64,000 nt of DNA, from contig JBDOQK010000051.1 in NCBI GenBank assembly GCA_040437565.1, forward strand, positions 62,001 to 126,000. Reading direction: 5' to 3'. A program made the translations under genes and the position numbers. The stretch comes from Albugo candida (Eukaryota). Positions within the stretch are counted from its first letter, which is position 1. Each line of letters opens with the position of its first letter. Below the pieces are notes generated by a model. That model saw only the letters and a program-made list of their open reading frames with translations. It was not told the DNA's origin and did no database searches. This document shows, in pieces, positions 38,848-50,304 of the stretch.

Positions 38848-40806
38848 TTTTGGCATTCGTTTTCGATAAAACAACTTGTTCAGCTTTTGTGGTGTCACAT
38901 CAAAGCAAATGTAAAACTGATGTAAATACGCCAAAGCGTTACTTTCTACCTACGATTTCGCGTCTTTAATCTTTCTAGAAAAGCGGCGACATGAGCGGAA
39001 GTATCGTCAGATGTACCTTCTCTATAGAAACAGAGAAAGTCACGGCAACCAGATGACAAAAGAATGCTCAAAGACACCACCAAAGAGCCACAAGTGACAC
39101 GCCGAACGACTTCCGAAAACAGCCGCTGTCTCATGAGATGTGATGGTCATATCACAATTCATTTGACGACAACGCACCCATCCGGCTCTATCGATCATTT
39201 CCATGGACAGATTGAGCAAAGCGTCAGCTCTTGACTCGGGGTTACGTGTTACGTGTTTGCAAGCGAAATTTTGATTGTTTCTGTAAAAACGGCAAAGCGG
39301 AGGTAGGATCACTTTAAATAATTTATAAATTTTGATTTAGAACACAATTACGTGAAGAAGCATACATTCTGATCGCCTCGGATCACATCGCACATTGAAT
39401 AAAAGGAAAAATTCACGTGGGAATGTTTGTATGGATTTGAAGAATACCTGGTCGAGTGTGAAGCGTGTCGCATGGTGCGACCATCATTTTATTAGTGGCC
39501 TCTGTGATATGTGATATGCAGCTGCTGTTATTTCCATCTGGTCCGCTCCGAAATGTAGAGTAAAAGAGGTTGGACGGAAGAGTGGGTATCCTCGTCTGCT
39601 GAATTTTTCAATTGCATTGGGTGGATTGTCGTCTCTATAGCTCGTTGGAGTGAGATCGAGGATGGTGCGCTTCCCGCTTATAGAAGAGACGTCTACTAGC
39701 AACCGGAACTCAATCTCCTGTCACCTTTCTTTCTTTGTAGGTGAAAAAGGGCAAGGGGTCGAAAATTGAAAATTTGAAAAGCTGTGTTGGTGTGGGACGT
39801 GTTTAGATACGAATGGGAAAGTAAAATATAGTCAGAATATGGCTTTGCAGTATGTGTAGAGACATGCATTATGTATAGCATGGAGTTTATATTTGATCAA
39901 TTACTTGGGTCTAGTATTCGAAAGATGCGTGTAGTGCTCTCTATAGAGCACACTCCAAACCACCGAGCATAAGCCAAGTAATAAATAGGGCTGGGTACAT
40001 GATCGGTGTGTGAAAACTTATGCAAAGGCGTGTCCGATATAACCGCATAACTCGTGATTATTTAGCATCGAATTGTCGAAGAGGTTCCAATGGTGGTAAT
40101 ATGAGATGTGGAAAAGGCGAGTGATTCCTTACAGCGTACTTCAGACGCCATGAAAATTACGAATTTTATCAAACAGCGTCATATTTGTCAGAGAAGTCAG
40201 CTGCTGCTGTTGGACACACACCAGCCCCACTCATTGTTATGGCTTGAAGCAGTTTCATGAAGGGGGGTGACACGAATTCACTTCTATCGCATAAGAAACT
40301 CGAGAATATTACAGAAGATTACGAAAGAATAACGAGTAGTAATCGTGACTATAAAATATATTAACCTAGGACCGTAGCTATGATATAAAACTTCAACTTT
40401 ATCATACCACATCGCTGAGTGTATCATAACATTGCATCATGTACCGAACACATTGTAATGTATAAACATCGTAACAGATTCAATGTAATCCACAAATATT
40501 TATACATGTGGATGTTTTATGTGTACCACACTCGACCAGTGTAACCCTCATTGATTTTTGATAAAAAATTGGAATCATGCGACACCATACGACCCACCTG
40601 TACCCTTATCCCAGCACTCCTTTTATGTACCTATTACTTACCCCTTCCCTCCACACGCACCTGTGTTTCTGCGTCGATTTTAAGCCGATCCTCAAAGTAT
40701 AAGGTCTTACTCAATTATAATCGCCACAAGTACCAAGCGTTCATTTAACAATTCTCCCCCAACAACTCATTCCGATAATCTACGGTCCTCACTCACGTCA
40801 ACGATC

Positions 40807-41730
40807 ATGAGTCTTGAAGTAAGCCTTGCTCCAATCAAAAAAGATCACATGTGGACAGATCACAAACCGTCTTCTGGATCCAAGTTTGACTGTCAATTAA
40901 ACTCGTCACCTTCTTCATCGGATAACTTTTTATTTCCAACAACATCGGACTCTCTACATTCGCAAGGATCGACAGCCTCTTCGTATACCTGTGATGCAGA
41001 CACAAACTCGTACGTGTATGAGCCTTTCCCGGCATTTGCTGCACCACGCTCTATGTGGACCGAGCATCCAGCTGTTAATCCGTTCCAGGCGACTTCTATG
41101 TTTACTTCGTTTCCTCCGGTTACACCACTCGAATTAAACCTTCTCGATATCCCAGAACCGAGAAAGAGTTTCCAATTCGTTTCAGTTGAAGATGAAATGG
41201 ATGACGCACAAATTTTGATGGGTTTTTTATCGGAACCGACGCTTTCGATTAGTGCAAATCGTTCAGTAGTTCAAGTTCATCCCGCCCAGAAGAATTTTTA
41301 TTCAATGGAAAGTAAAGAATTGGAAAAACCGCAACTTGATGCGTTTAACGAGACTTCATTGGACGCCCGAAAGAAGAAACCCGCTTCTCGTTTGTGTCGT
41401 GTACCCGGTTGTACCAAAGGCATTCGGTCAAAAGGTTTATGTAAAGCGCACGGTGGTGGTCGACGTTGTACAACGCCAGGATGCACTATCAGCGACCAAG
41501 GTGGAGGCCACTGTATCGCACATGGAGGTGGTCGTCGATGTAGTGTGGAAGGCTGTCAGAAATCCGCGCAGTCGAAAGGGCGATGTAAATTACACGGTGG
41601 CTCACGTCGTTGTCGTGTGGAAAATTGTATGAAGAATGGTCAAGTGAAAGGATTGTGTCGTTCGCATTACAGTGATATGGTCTCACGAGAACATGAGGGC
41701 ATCGATAAAGCTGCATACAAATCGTTCTGA
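40807..41730 (+). CDS. WRKY19-like zinc-finger repeat protein (C-x4-C...C-x2-H-GGG repeats), putative transcription regulator
   Basis: Four tandem repeats such as CRVPGCTKGIRSKGLCKAHGGGRRC; no WRKY domain present; long upstream intergenic region. Confidence 0.88.
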   Translation: MSLEVSLAPIKKDHMWTDHKPSSGSKFDCQLNSSPSSSDNFLFPTTSDSLHSQGSTASSYTCDADTNSYVYEPFPAFAAPRSMWTEHPAVNPFQATSMFTSFPPVTPLELNLLDIPEPRKSFQFVSVEDEMDDAQILMGFLSEPTLSISANRSVVQVHPAQKNFYSMESKELEKPQLDAFNETSLDARKKKPASRLCRVPGCTKGIRSKGLCKAHGGGRRCTTPGCTISDQGGGHCIAHGGGRRCSVEGCQKSAQSKGRCKLHGGSRRCRVENCMKNGQVKGLCRSHYSDMVSREHEGIDKAAYKSF

Positions 41731-42096
41731 TGCGGCAAAGGAAATATGTATATGTCATCTGTCCTAGAATGAGTGGAAGCTACAAGTTTTGAAGTTGTCG
41801 AGCGTGTTATTTAGAATATTACCTTAATGGATGTAATATTATTTGTTAATTACATAATTACTTCGTTAGGGAGAGATGAACACTTGACTGGCTTTATAAT
41901 TTCTTGTGGCTGAGAATACGAATGAATCCATGCAGAAGCATATCGCATATATCGTCTATGCTCAGGTGATGATTCAGAGTGACGCAAGTGTTCCTGCGCA
42001 CTCCCCTATTCCCTCACGGATCAGGTTTTAAGAGTGTTAGTGCGGTTGCGCATCTCAATTCCAAGACTCAGTTTGATGGAAAACGAGGAAATAGTT

Positions 42097-44744
42097 CTAT
42101 TCGGAGGAGTAAGAGACGTCCGAAGAGGAACGGTCCGAAATTAAGGAGGATTTTGCCGATTTGGATGAAACAGAAGATGACCATGAGTCAAGGGTACCAT
42201 GTGTGTCCACACTATTTTCGTCACTTGCATTCCCGGCGGTGAGGGAAACGCATTTTGGTAATACGCTTTGATTCAATTGAAAGCATTCGAGTCGTAGTCG
42301 ATTGGTATCGCGCATGACTGTCTCGAGCATAGTGCCTTTCGATGGTGGTTGGTCGCAAATCTCATGCAGCAGATACGAGTTGAGCACATCAGCCACTTTC
42401 TCTCGAAATGCGGGATGCAGGAACGGACAAGGATGATCAAAGGATTCATGTTTGTATTGTGCTTGACTTCTGGTCGTCACGATTGATTCCAGGAAAGCCC
42501 CAATGTCGCGAGCGTATTGCTGTGACCTCTGAGAAAGTATACCTCCAGGATTATGATCCCTAAGGAACGTCAACGCATGCCATGATTCCCTTGCATAGTT
42601 TATAGCGGATACAAAAGGATCGTGAATGACTGAATGCGTTGGAAATAGGATATCGAGAAAGCATAAAATGTCGCAGTGAAATAATATTTGCCAGGTATCT
42701 ACCACGGTGCTTTGAGTAGGTGGCCACATATTTGCAAGTCTCATCTGGTCAAGCGCTTCGCGTGTCCGTCTCTGGTAGATCAGGCTCCGGATCTGGTATC
42801 GGAACGGTGCGGAATCCTTGTACACTTCTGCTTGCATGCTTTCAATTGGCGCAGTATGACATCGCTTTTGAAGTCTATCGTAAGTAGCCGGATACCCATA
42901 ATATAAAAGATAGTCGGAAATAATATGTTGCAGGATATCATCCTCAGAAGGAGTTGAGCGCTGTTTACTTCCGCTTTTCCTTTTCCCACAACTTGCCACC
43001 TCTTGCACTCGATCCACTGGAAACGCATTTAACGCATGATAAGTTTCGCCTTGCCGGTGCGCCCATGAGGAAAGTGACTGCTGACGCTGTTGTGTCAGTT
43101 GTACCATGAATCCTTCCATATCAAAAGTGAATAAGGATGGAATGAAGACTGCATGAACACATTCTGCAGGGTGACTAAGACTGACAGCACCAAAAACATG
43201 CGAATTCCAGTCGGAAACAGCTGATTTCATCGGAGCTGTTCTTTTCAGCTTCTGAGCCGATTCCTTCTGTTCTTCTTCCTCACAGTATGATTCTCCGTCA
43301 TTGTCTGACATCTCATCAGCGAAATGGAAAAGCTGATTCTCATCCGTTGCATCCAAAAAACACTCTAATTTTCCGTTAACTGTGAAAAAGAATGTTCGTG
43401 AATCTAATAAGACACCACANNNNNNNNNNNNNNNNNNNNNNNNNNNNNNNNNNNNNNNNNNNNNNNNNNNNNNNNNNNNNNNNNNNNNNNNNNNNNNNNN
43501 NNNNNNNNNNNNNNNNNNNCAGGGTGACTAAGACTGACAGCACCAAAAACATGCGAATTCCAGTCGGAAACAGCTGATTTCATCGGAGCTGTTCTTTTCA
43601 GCTTCTGAGCCGATTCCTTCTGTTCTTCTTCCTCACAGTATGATTCTCCGTCATTGTCTGACATCTCATCAGCGAAATGGAAAAGCTGATTCTCATCCGT
43701 TGCATCCAAAAAACACTCTAATTTTCCGTTAACTGTGAAAAAGAATGTTCGTGAATCTAATAAGACACCACAGCCGACTGTGTCGCCACAAACGAATTGT
43801 GTGCAATTAACTTTGACAATTTTACCCCCTGCGATGATGTGTCCTGTACTTCCTTCATATCCGATTGAACACTCATCGCTCCCTAATGTCTGTAAGCGAT
43901 TACGTGACCCATGTTTTACTTTAGTGTCATTGACCACTGTTGCTCTGTCGTCTTTGTACACGAATCCCAAGCGGATTCCACGATCCGTATCTTCTCTGGG
44001 ACTGGACTCTTGTCGACTTGAAGGGCTCCAATCTCGACGTGTTCCATGATCAAAGGCCAGTATCCGGTTTCCTTGATTCCATTGCAGTGTCAATGGACCG
44101 CTCTCCTCAAAATTTGGGACCACTGTCGCTTGAGCCGTTTCGTCATTACAGTTACGCTCATGTTGTTCATTCTTTTCTTCTGTCACATCTCTTCTTTTTG
44201 ATTTAGGAAAGTTTGACACAATTCTCTCTTTTCGATGAACATTGGCTTGGATAAACCATTGCATTTGCTTTCGCCAGCTGTGGTCGTCTTGCATAGTATT
44301 TTGGGTTGACCAATCATTTCCTTCCAATTCTTTCCATCGGGAAGACAAATTCTGAAGCGCTTTTGTTCGCCGAATACATGGATCCTCGCTATCATCCGAA
44401 TATCGCCTGCTTGCGTCTTCTTTTTCAGTTGCCACAATCAAGACTTCATAGTACGCAAGCCGATTGGTTGCAAATATAGACGAATCCGAGAAGGAAGACT
44501 TATGATTGGTTATAAAGCTGCTCATAGCATCGATGGAATGTGATGTAAGCGCTTGGATACCACCATCGCCCAGAGATCCCCATCTAGAATACTCTAGAGT
44601 CAGTCGATCTGCGTGAAGCTTTCCTTCGAATCCATCTACAGAAGAATTGAAACATAGGGAAGGTTCGCTTTGTTGATGAGAATTGCAACTTGACTTTTGA
44701 TGATTGTTTCTCTCAGAGAAAGATGGTGAAGTTGCACTTGTCAT
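42097..44744 (-). CDS. RanBP9/10 (Gid1)-like SPRY-LisH-CTLH protein, split by a gap with duplicated flanks
   Basis: SPRY motifs LGSDECSIGYEG and GDTVGCGV..FFFTVNGK; LisH ILQHIISDYLLYYGY; CTLH RYQIRSLI..REAL. Collapsing 43167-43419 = 43520-43772 plus the Ns (353 nt) gives one ORF of about 764 aa. Confidence 0.8.
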
Positions 44745-44847
44745 TTGTCCTAACGTAGTGTGGTAAGGAACAAGCCACCGAAAGGTACCATCTGGTAGCT
44801 ACGGAACTACATCAGTTATGATGTAGCATAACTGATACATCAAACAC

Positions 44848-44858
44848 TTGGCGCCAAA
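44848..44858. promoter_or_regulatory. E2F-like site (TTGGCGCCAAA; TTTGGCGC on the minus strand) in the 122-bp bidirectional promoter upstream of MCM2
   Basis: Matches the TTTSSCGC consensus and lies 9 bp before the MCM2 ATG. Confidence 0.5.
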
Positions 44859-44866
44859 TCGCAAAT

Positions 44867-47800
44867 ATGGCGGAAAATGAGCAAGATCTCGACCCGCGCA
44901 TCAGCGTTAGAGCACAAATAATGGATCAAGACGCTTCAATGAACTCGGATAGTAATGGAAGTACCTCTTCAATCGCGTCGAATTCCGTTCCAACACGAAA
45001 ACGACGTCGTTTGCGTCGCGGTACTCCTTCCCAGCCACTCGACCTCAATCCTCAATCCATTGAACCAACCGCACTCAATCAAGAACCAGAAATCCTCAAT
45101 AAAATAAGAAAATCACTCAATGAGGAGATAGAATTCGAACAAGTTCAGGACGAAATTGTTGAAGAACTCGATATTACAGAAACCGAACGGATTTATTTCT
45201 CACAAGATGAAGAAGAGGAAGAAGGAGAAGATCTACTTGAGAATGCTGAAAAGTAAGTCGTAAAGCCCCCCGTCATCGAGTCTGATCGACACTCTGATAG
45301 TGATTATCGTCCAATGGATACACTCGATCAATACGATCCAGAGCAATTGGATGCTCGAGAATATGAGGCGATGGATTACGACACTAGACAACAAGTAGAA
45401 GAAGCCTTGAACCGTCGAGATGCACGGGAAGGCCGAGTGGCTCAAATGTTTCAAGACGATCAGGAAACTGAACACGACGACGCGCATCGCCATAGACTTA
45501 GGCAAGCGTTTGTAGATGATATAGAAGTACCAGTGGAAGACGAAATTATAAATTTGGAGAATTTTGATGTTCCGTTACGGGAATGGATCGCTTCTGAACG
45601 TCCGCGAAATGAAATCAAGCGCCGATTTGTAAGTGCACACGCTATTTTGGTGAAACCGGACATCTTCATTGTAATTATGCTCTTGTATAGCGCTATTTCT
45701 TGAACTCATTCAAAGATAAGCAGAATCGGCTATTGTACCATGAAAAATTTGTTCGTATGGCTCAGAAAAACGAGCAGAGTTTGGAGATTGAGATTGGAGA
45801 TATCATTCAGCAAATGTCTATGATCGCTGCTTGGATCGTTGAAGCACCCCGTGAAATGCTTTCAATTTTGGATGAAGTTGCAAAGAGTGTTATGCTTTCT
45901 TTATTCCCGTATTACGACACGATTCACGATGAGATCCATGTACGCATTCTTGATTTGCCGGGAACAGAACGACTTCGAGATTTACGTACAGCGCATCTCA
46001 ACTTTCTCATCAAAGTCTCCGGCGTTGTGACACGACGAACGTCGATTTTCCCCCAATTGAAGCTCGTAAAACTAAATTGTACAGCATGTGGCGCGCTGAT
46101 TGGTCCTTTCACGCAACATCAACAAGAAATACAAATTTCAAGCTGTCCAGAATGTCATTCCAAAAGTCGTTTTTTTCCAATCAATATGGAGCGTACCGTA
46201 TTCCGCAATTATCAACGCATCACATTGCAAGAATCGCCATCAAGTGTACCCCCAGGTCGCGTACCCCGCAGTAAAGATGTGATATTATTGGCAGATTTAA
46301 TTGATCAAGCACGACCTGGTGATGAAATTGCGGTTACAGGAGTCTACTGTAACGTACCTAGCCTTTCACTATTTAATCGCGATCACTTTCCAGTGTTTCA
46401 AACTGTGATTGAAGCAAATCACGTGGAACGAAGGGCGAGCGTATTGGGGCAACATTCACTTACTATGGAAGATAAAAAGAGAATCCTAAAACTCTCCAAA
46501 TCTCCAAATATTGCCCAATCAATCATTCGTTCCATGGCACCGTCGATTTTTGGCCACTGGCATGTCAAAACTGCGATCGCGTTAGCGCTGTTTGGTGGAA
46601 AAGCAAAGTTTGTCAAAAACTCGCGTATTCGCGGCGATATTAACGTCCTCTTAGTCGGTGATCCAGGAACTGCAAAATCGCAGTTTCTCAAGTTTGTCAA
46701 GACAACCGCTCCACGGGCTGTGTACTCGACAGGCAAAGGAGCATCTGCGGTGGGGTTGACGGCAGCAGTGACTCGTGACCCCTTCACAAAAGAATGGGTT
46801 CTTCAAGGGGGGGCACTAGTTCTCGCTGACAAAGGTGTCTGTTTGATTGACGAATTTGATAAGATGAACGAGCAGGATCGAACAAGTATTCACGAAGCCA
46901 TGGAACAACAGAGCATTTCCATTTCCAAAGCTGGAATTGTGACTTCATTACAAGCCCGGTGCTCTGTAATGGCTGCAGCCAACCCGATTAATGGGCGCTA
47001 TGATCCGACACGTACGTTTTCAGAAAATGTGGAATTGACGGATCCTATTTTACAGCGTTTTGACGTACTGTGTGTCCTTCAAGATCAAGTTGATCCAGTG
47101 AACGACGAACGATTGGCGGATTTTGTGATATCGAGTCATATGCGATGCAGTGCACGTCGCAATCACACCCACAACGAAATGGACGCGCACGAACAGAATG
47201 AGCGCGGGGTCGCAGGTATACACATCGATGGTACCGGTAATACAAACACAAGTATCGACACGGAATCGGTTTTGGATACGGATCTACTGCGAAAGTATTT
47301 ATTGTATGCGCGAACGTTTGTCGATCCTGTGGTATCGAATGACGTCGACACGCGGAAAGTGGAGACGTTTTATGCGCAATTACGAAAAGCCTCGCAGCAT
47401 ACGGGCGCAGTTCCTATAGCTGTGCGTCATATTGAGTCGTTGTTTCGAATGGCTGAAGCACACGCTCGTATGCATTTGCGGGAATTTGTGATCAATGAAG
47501 ATATAGATTTAGCGATTCGAGTGATGACAGAATCGCTTTGCGCCGCTCAAAAGTTCACATTCCAACGACAATGGCGACGACTTTTTCGAAGATATCTGAC
47601 ACATCGCGAAGATCATAACCTCCTTATTTTGCATATCCTGCAAGAATTAGTCCAGTCTGCGTATACGTATTATCAACTTCAAGCACGGACACAACGTGGC
47701 GCAATGGATCGCCCGAAGACGCAAGAAATACGAGTAATGTGCTCGGATTTGGCGAGTAAAGCCAAGATTGCTGGTATTTATGACATTGCTGACTTCTTCG

Positions 47801-47871
47801 AATCGTCACTGTTCCTGAAACAAGGCTTTCGACTCGGTGCGACAGGAGACTATATTGTAAAGGACCTGTGA
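44867..47871 (+). CDS. MCM2: DNA replication licensing factor MCM2, 3 exons
   Basis: Acidic N-terminus with GEDLLEN and DTLDQYD..LD, PLREWI, C4 zinc finger, LQESP..VPPGRVPR, Walker A GDPGTAKSQFLK, Walker B IDEFDKM; introns 45253-45300 and 45629-45690. Confidence 0.95.
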
Positions 47872-47885
47872 CAACATATACACTA

Positions 47886-49301
47886 CTACATCAAATTGAT
47901 CAATTCACCGAGGACTAAAAGCACATCCGAACTATTGGGTCTTTGAAACGGGTCGGGTCGGGTACATCGCTCGATAACCCGGCAAAGAGAGGTCGGACAA
48001 GACGAAGAGAGTGTTGGTGACATAGCTCCAGAAGCAATCAGATGTAATACTTGAATTTCTGGAACTGGACTTCGGTCAGCCGAAAGCAAATCCGAGAAAG
48101 GGAAATCCAGTGTGTCCAACTCAACTAGAATAATTCCCAAAGAGTAAATATCAGCTGCCTCTGTACAAGCATTCTTTCCCACCAGAACCTCTGGCGCGAT
48201 CCAGCGACAAGATCCTACTTCGAGATCGTAATTTTTCAAATCGGTTAATGTCGGTTGCCGTGTGCGCCCACAATCACTCAATTTCGCACGCATATCGCTA
48301 CTAAGTAATACATTGCGACTGTTGCAATTCGAATGGACAATCGGCGGATTGAATTGATGCAAATACTGTAATGCCAAAGTCGTGTCGTATGCTATTTGTA
48401 ATTTCTGAGTATTCCAGCATCGTGCCGTTTTGTGGATGGATGCTCGTTGTACGAATTGGCGAAGGTTTCCACCACTCAAGTATTCGGTTATGGCGATTAA
48501 GTTCGTTTTTGGTGTCCAGGAGACGCCATACAGCGTGGTTATATGTGGATGCTGAATGCGCACTTGACGGTACAATTCTGATTTGAAAACATTAAGACGG
48601 TCGAGATCTGGAGATGTGTTAGATGCGTTTCTAGGACGGAATGGCCACATTGAATTATGGAACGAGGCGTTCAGAGAGTCATAATCAGCGTGAACCAGCC
48701 ACTTGAGCACGACGAAGCGATGTTGCGTACCCTTTTTGTACATTTGGCCCAACCACGTTTCATAGTGTGTTGATTTGTGAAAACTTGTACGACGCGTTTT
48801 AGAAGTTTGTGCGTACCCCGAGTGAAGCAATCTCTTAAACGAGATATCATCGTAATGGATTCGGAATGGGTGCAGTTCTTGATCCAACCAAAATGTGTTG
48901 CTTTGTTTTGAAGTATTGTATTTATTGGACAATTTTCGTGAGCTTTGTGACTTTGACGAATCTATTTGGGAGTATACATTGGACTTGGTCGTGTCTACTG
49001 TATACCTCTCTGTTTCTGTGCGAGCGGACGGGCTTTTTTCTTCATCAATATCGAGTTGGGACGTATGCGTACCTTCTGGTACAATCAGATTCATCGAAGC
49101 TAACTCATGTCTGAAATGTACGTAAAGGAGAAGTTTGAATAATAGCAAACAAATTGGTGCAAATAGCGTGAGTGCGATCGGAATGAGCCAATCAGAGTCA
49201 CTCTCTATCGATGGATTGGACGCACGACTCCGCTCGTAGAAACTGTATACTCCCACCAAAACACTCCATTTGAAAAGCAGACACAACTGACAGCGATTCA
49301 T
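47886..49301 (-). CDS. Transmembrane TKL-group kinase-like protein, probable pseudokinase
   Basis: N-terminal hydrophobic segments; kinase subdomains HPHITTLYGVSW, TEYLSGGNL, LQYLH..PPIVHSNCNSRNVLL, AKLSDCG, GSCRWIAPE, ADIYSLG; start codon uncertain. Confidence 0.85.
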   Translation of the reverse strand: MNRCQLCLLFKWSVLVGVYSFYERSRASNPSIESDSDWLIPIALTLFAPICLLLFKLLLYVHFRHELASMNLIVPEGTHTSQLDIDEEKSPSARTETERYTVDTTKSNVYSQIDSSKSQSSRKLSNKYNTSKQSNTFWLDQELHPFRIHYDDISFKRLLHSGYAQTSKTRRTSFHKSTHYETWLGQMYKKGTQHRFVVLKWLVHADYDSLNASFHNSMWPFRPRNASNTSPDLDRLNVFKSELYRQVRIQHPHITTLYGVSWTPKTNLIAITEYLSGGNLRQFVQRASIHKTARCWNTQKLQIAYDTTLALQYLHQFNPPIVHSNCNSRNVLLSSDMRAKLSDCGRTRQPTLTDLKNYDLEVGSCRWIAPEVLVGKNACTEAADIYSLGIILVELDTLDFPFSDLLSADRSPVPEIQVLHLIASGAMSPTLSSSCPTSLCRVIERCTRPDPFQRPNSSDVLLVLGELINLM

Positions 49302-49802
49302 AGTGTGTCTTTGAGTAAGTGCTTGCACAATTATTGAGTACAAACAAGCAGGTTCGAAATATCAAACATTAGCGACTGAAGGATACTCACATATATACAC
49401 AAATGAAGACAGATCAACTGACTTGGCCCTTACCAAAATAAAAGCGCTATACTTTCACAATTTTCAACGTTAGGTATACACCACTCTTTTCTAAAGCTTC
49501 TATACTCGAGTCGCTATCTGTTAAGTGAAAAGAATAGATGCATTATAATCCACACAATTAAATTACGGTCTCGTAGGGATCACATGAAGTTTAGATATTT
49601 ATTACGCAGCGGGTAAAGTTTGCACTCCTCGATTACGTGTCCGAGAGCGCACCAGATATCATGTTAAGCAGGTTTGATTAATGTCACACGGTGTGTAATT
49701 TTCATTTAAATTTTTCAGCTTATTACTTTCAGCGAATAAATAAAGTAATTTCTCATCGCCGACCCAAAAATAGTTCCGATTCTACAATTCACTAATTAGA
49801 AA

Positions 49803-50198
49803 ATGCGATTTCTTACCGTGGTGATCATTGCCTCGCTCGCCAACGTCTCGTTCACACAATCCCCGACCTCAAATCCCTCCATAACTTCCAAGGAACCACT
49901 CACGAGTGAACAGCTTGCCGATTTGGTGGAAGAGGTAAAAGGAAATATCGGGAAGAATGAAGCGCTCAGAGAACTGTTCAATACCGTCGACTTGGAGTAT
50001 GTGCGAAATTTGCCAATTAAGGACGCGCGTTCGTATATTGACAGAATGCTATTCGAGTCGAGTGAGGAGAAAGAAAAAACGAGGAAAAGTACTCAAGAGG
50101 AAGTGAGGGAGTCTGTTACGAAGGAAAGTAACGCATTCAGAATGTCAGTAAGTACATTGATGGTACTCGGATGTCCTGTGGTACTCTTTTTACTCTAA
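49803..50198 (+). CDS. Small secreted protein (131 aa) with probable GPI-anchor or C-terminal hydrophobic tail
   Basis: Signal peptide MRFLTVVIIASLANVSFT; C-terminus SNAFRMSVSTLMVLGCPVVLFLL. Confidence 0.75.
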   Translation: MRFLTVVIIASLANVSFTQSPTSNPSITSKEPLTSEQLADLVEEVKGNIGKNEALRELFNTVDLEYVRNLPIKDARSYIDRMLFESSEEKEKTRKSTQEEVRESVTKESNAFRMSVSTLMVLGCPVVLFLL

Positions 50199-50304
50199 TT
50201 GAGGAAACACCGACACAATTAAACTCTTGGACGCGAGAGAAGCGCTGTATTGTATACTTACAGATTGTAAAGGATATGAATATAATTAAATTGAAAGTTA
50301 CATC

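Noticed and set aside
38900-39210. Possible tiny multi-exon gene on the minus strand (MEMIDRAGW...)
   Set aside because: Splice-like sites exist but no unambiguous model or recognisable homology.
40807-41730. Plant WRKY factor acquired horizontally
   Set aside because: No WRKYGQK domain; the HGGG zinc-finger repeat family is widespread in oomycetes.
47030-47070. MCM2 arginine-finger motif reads QRFD rather than SRFD
   Set aside because: The catalytic Arg is retained; likely ordinary lineage variation.
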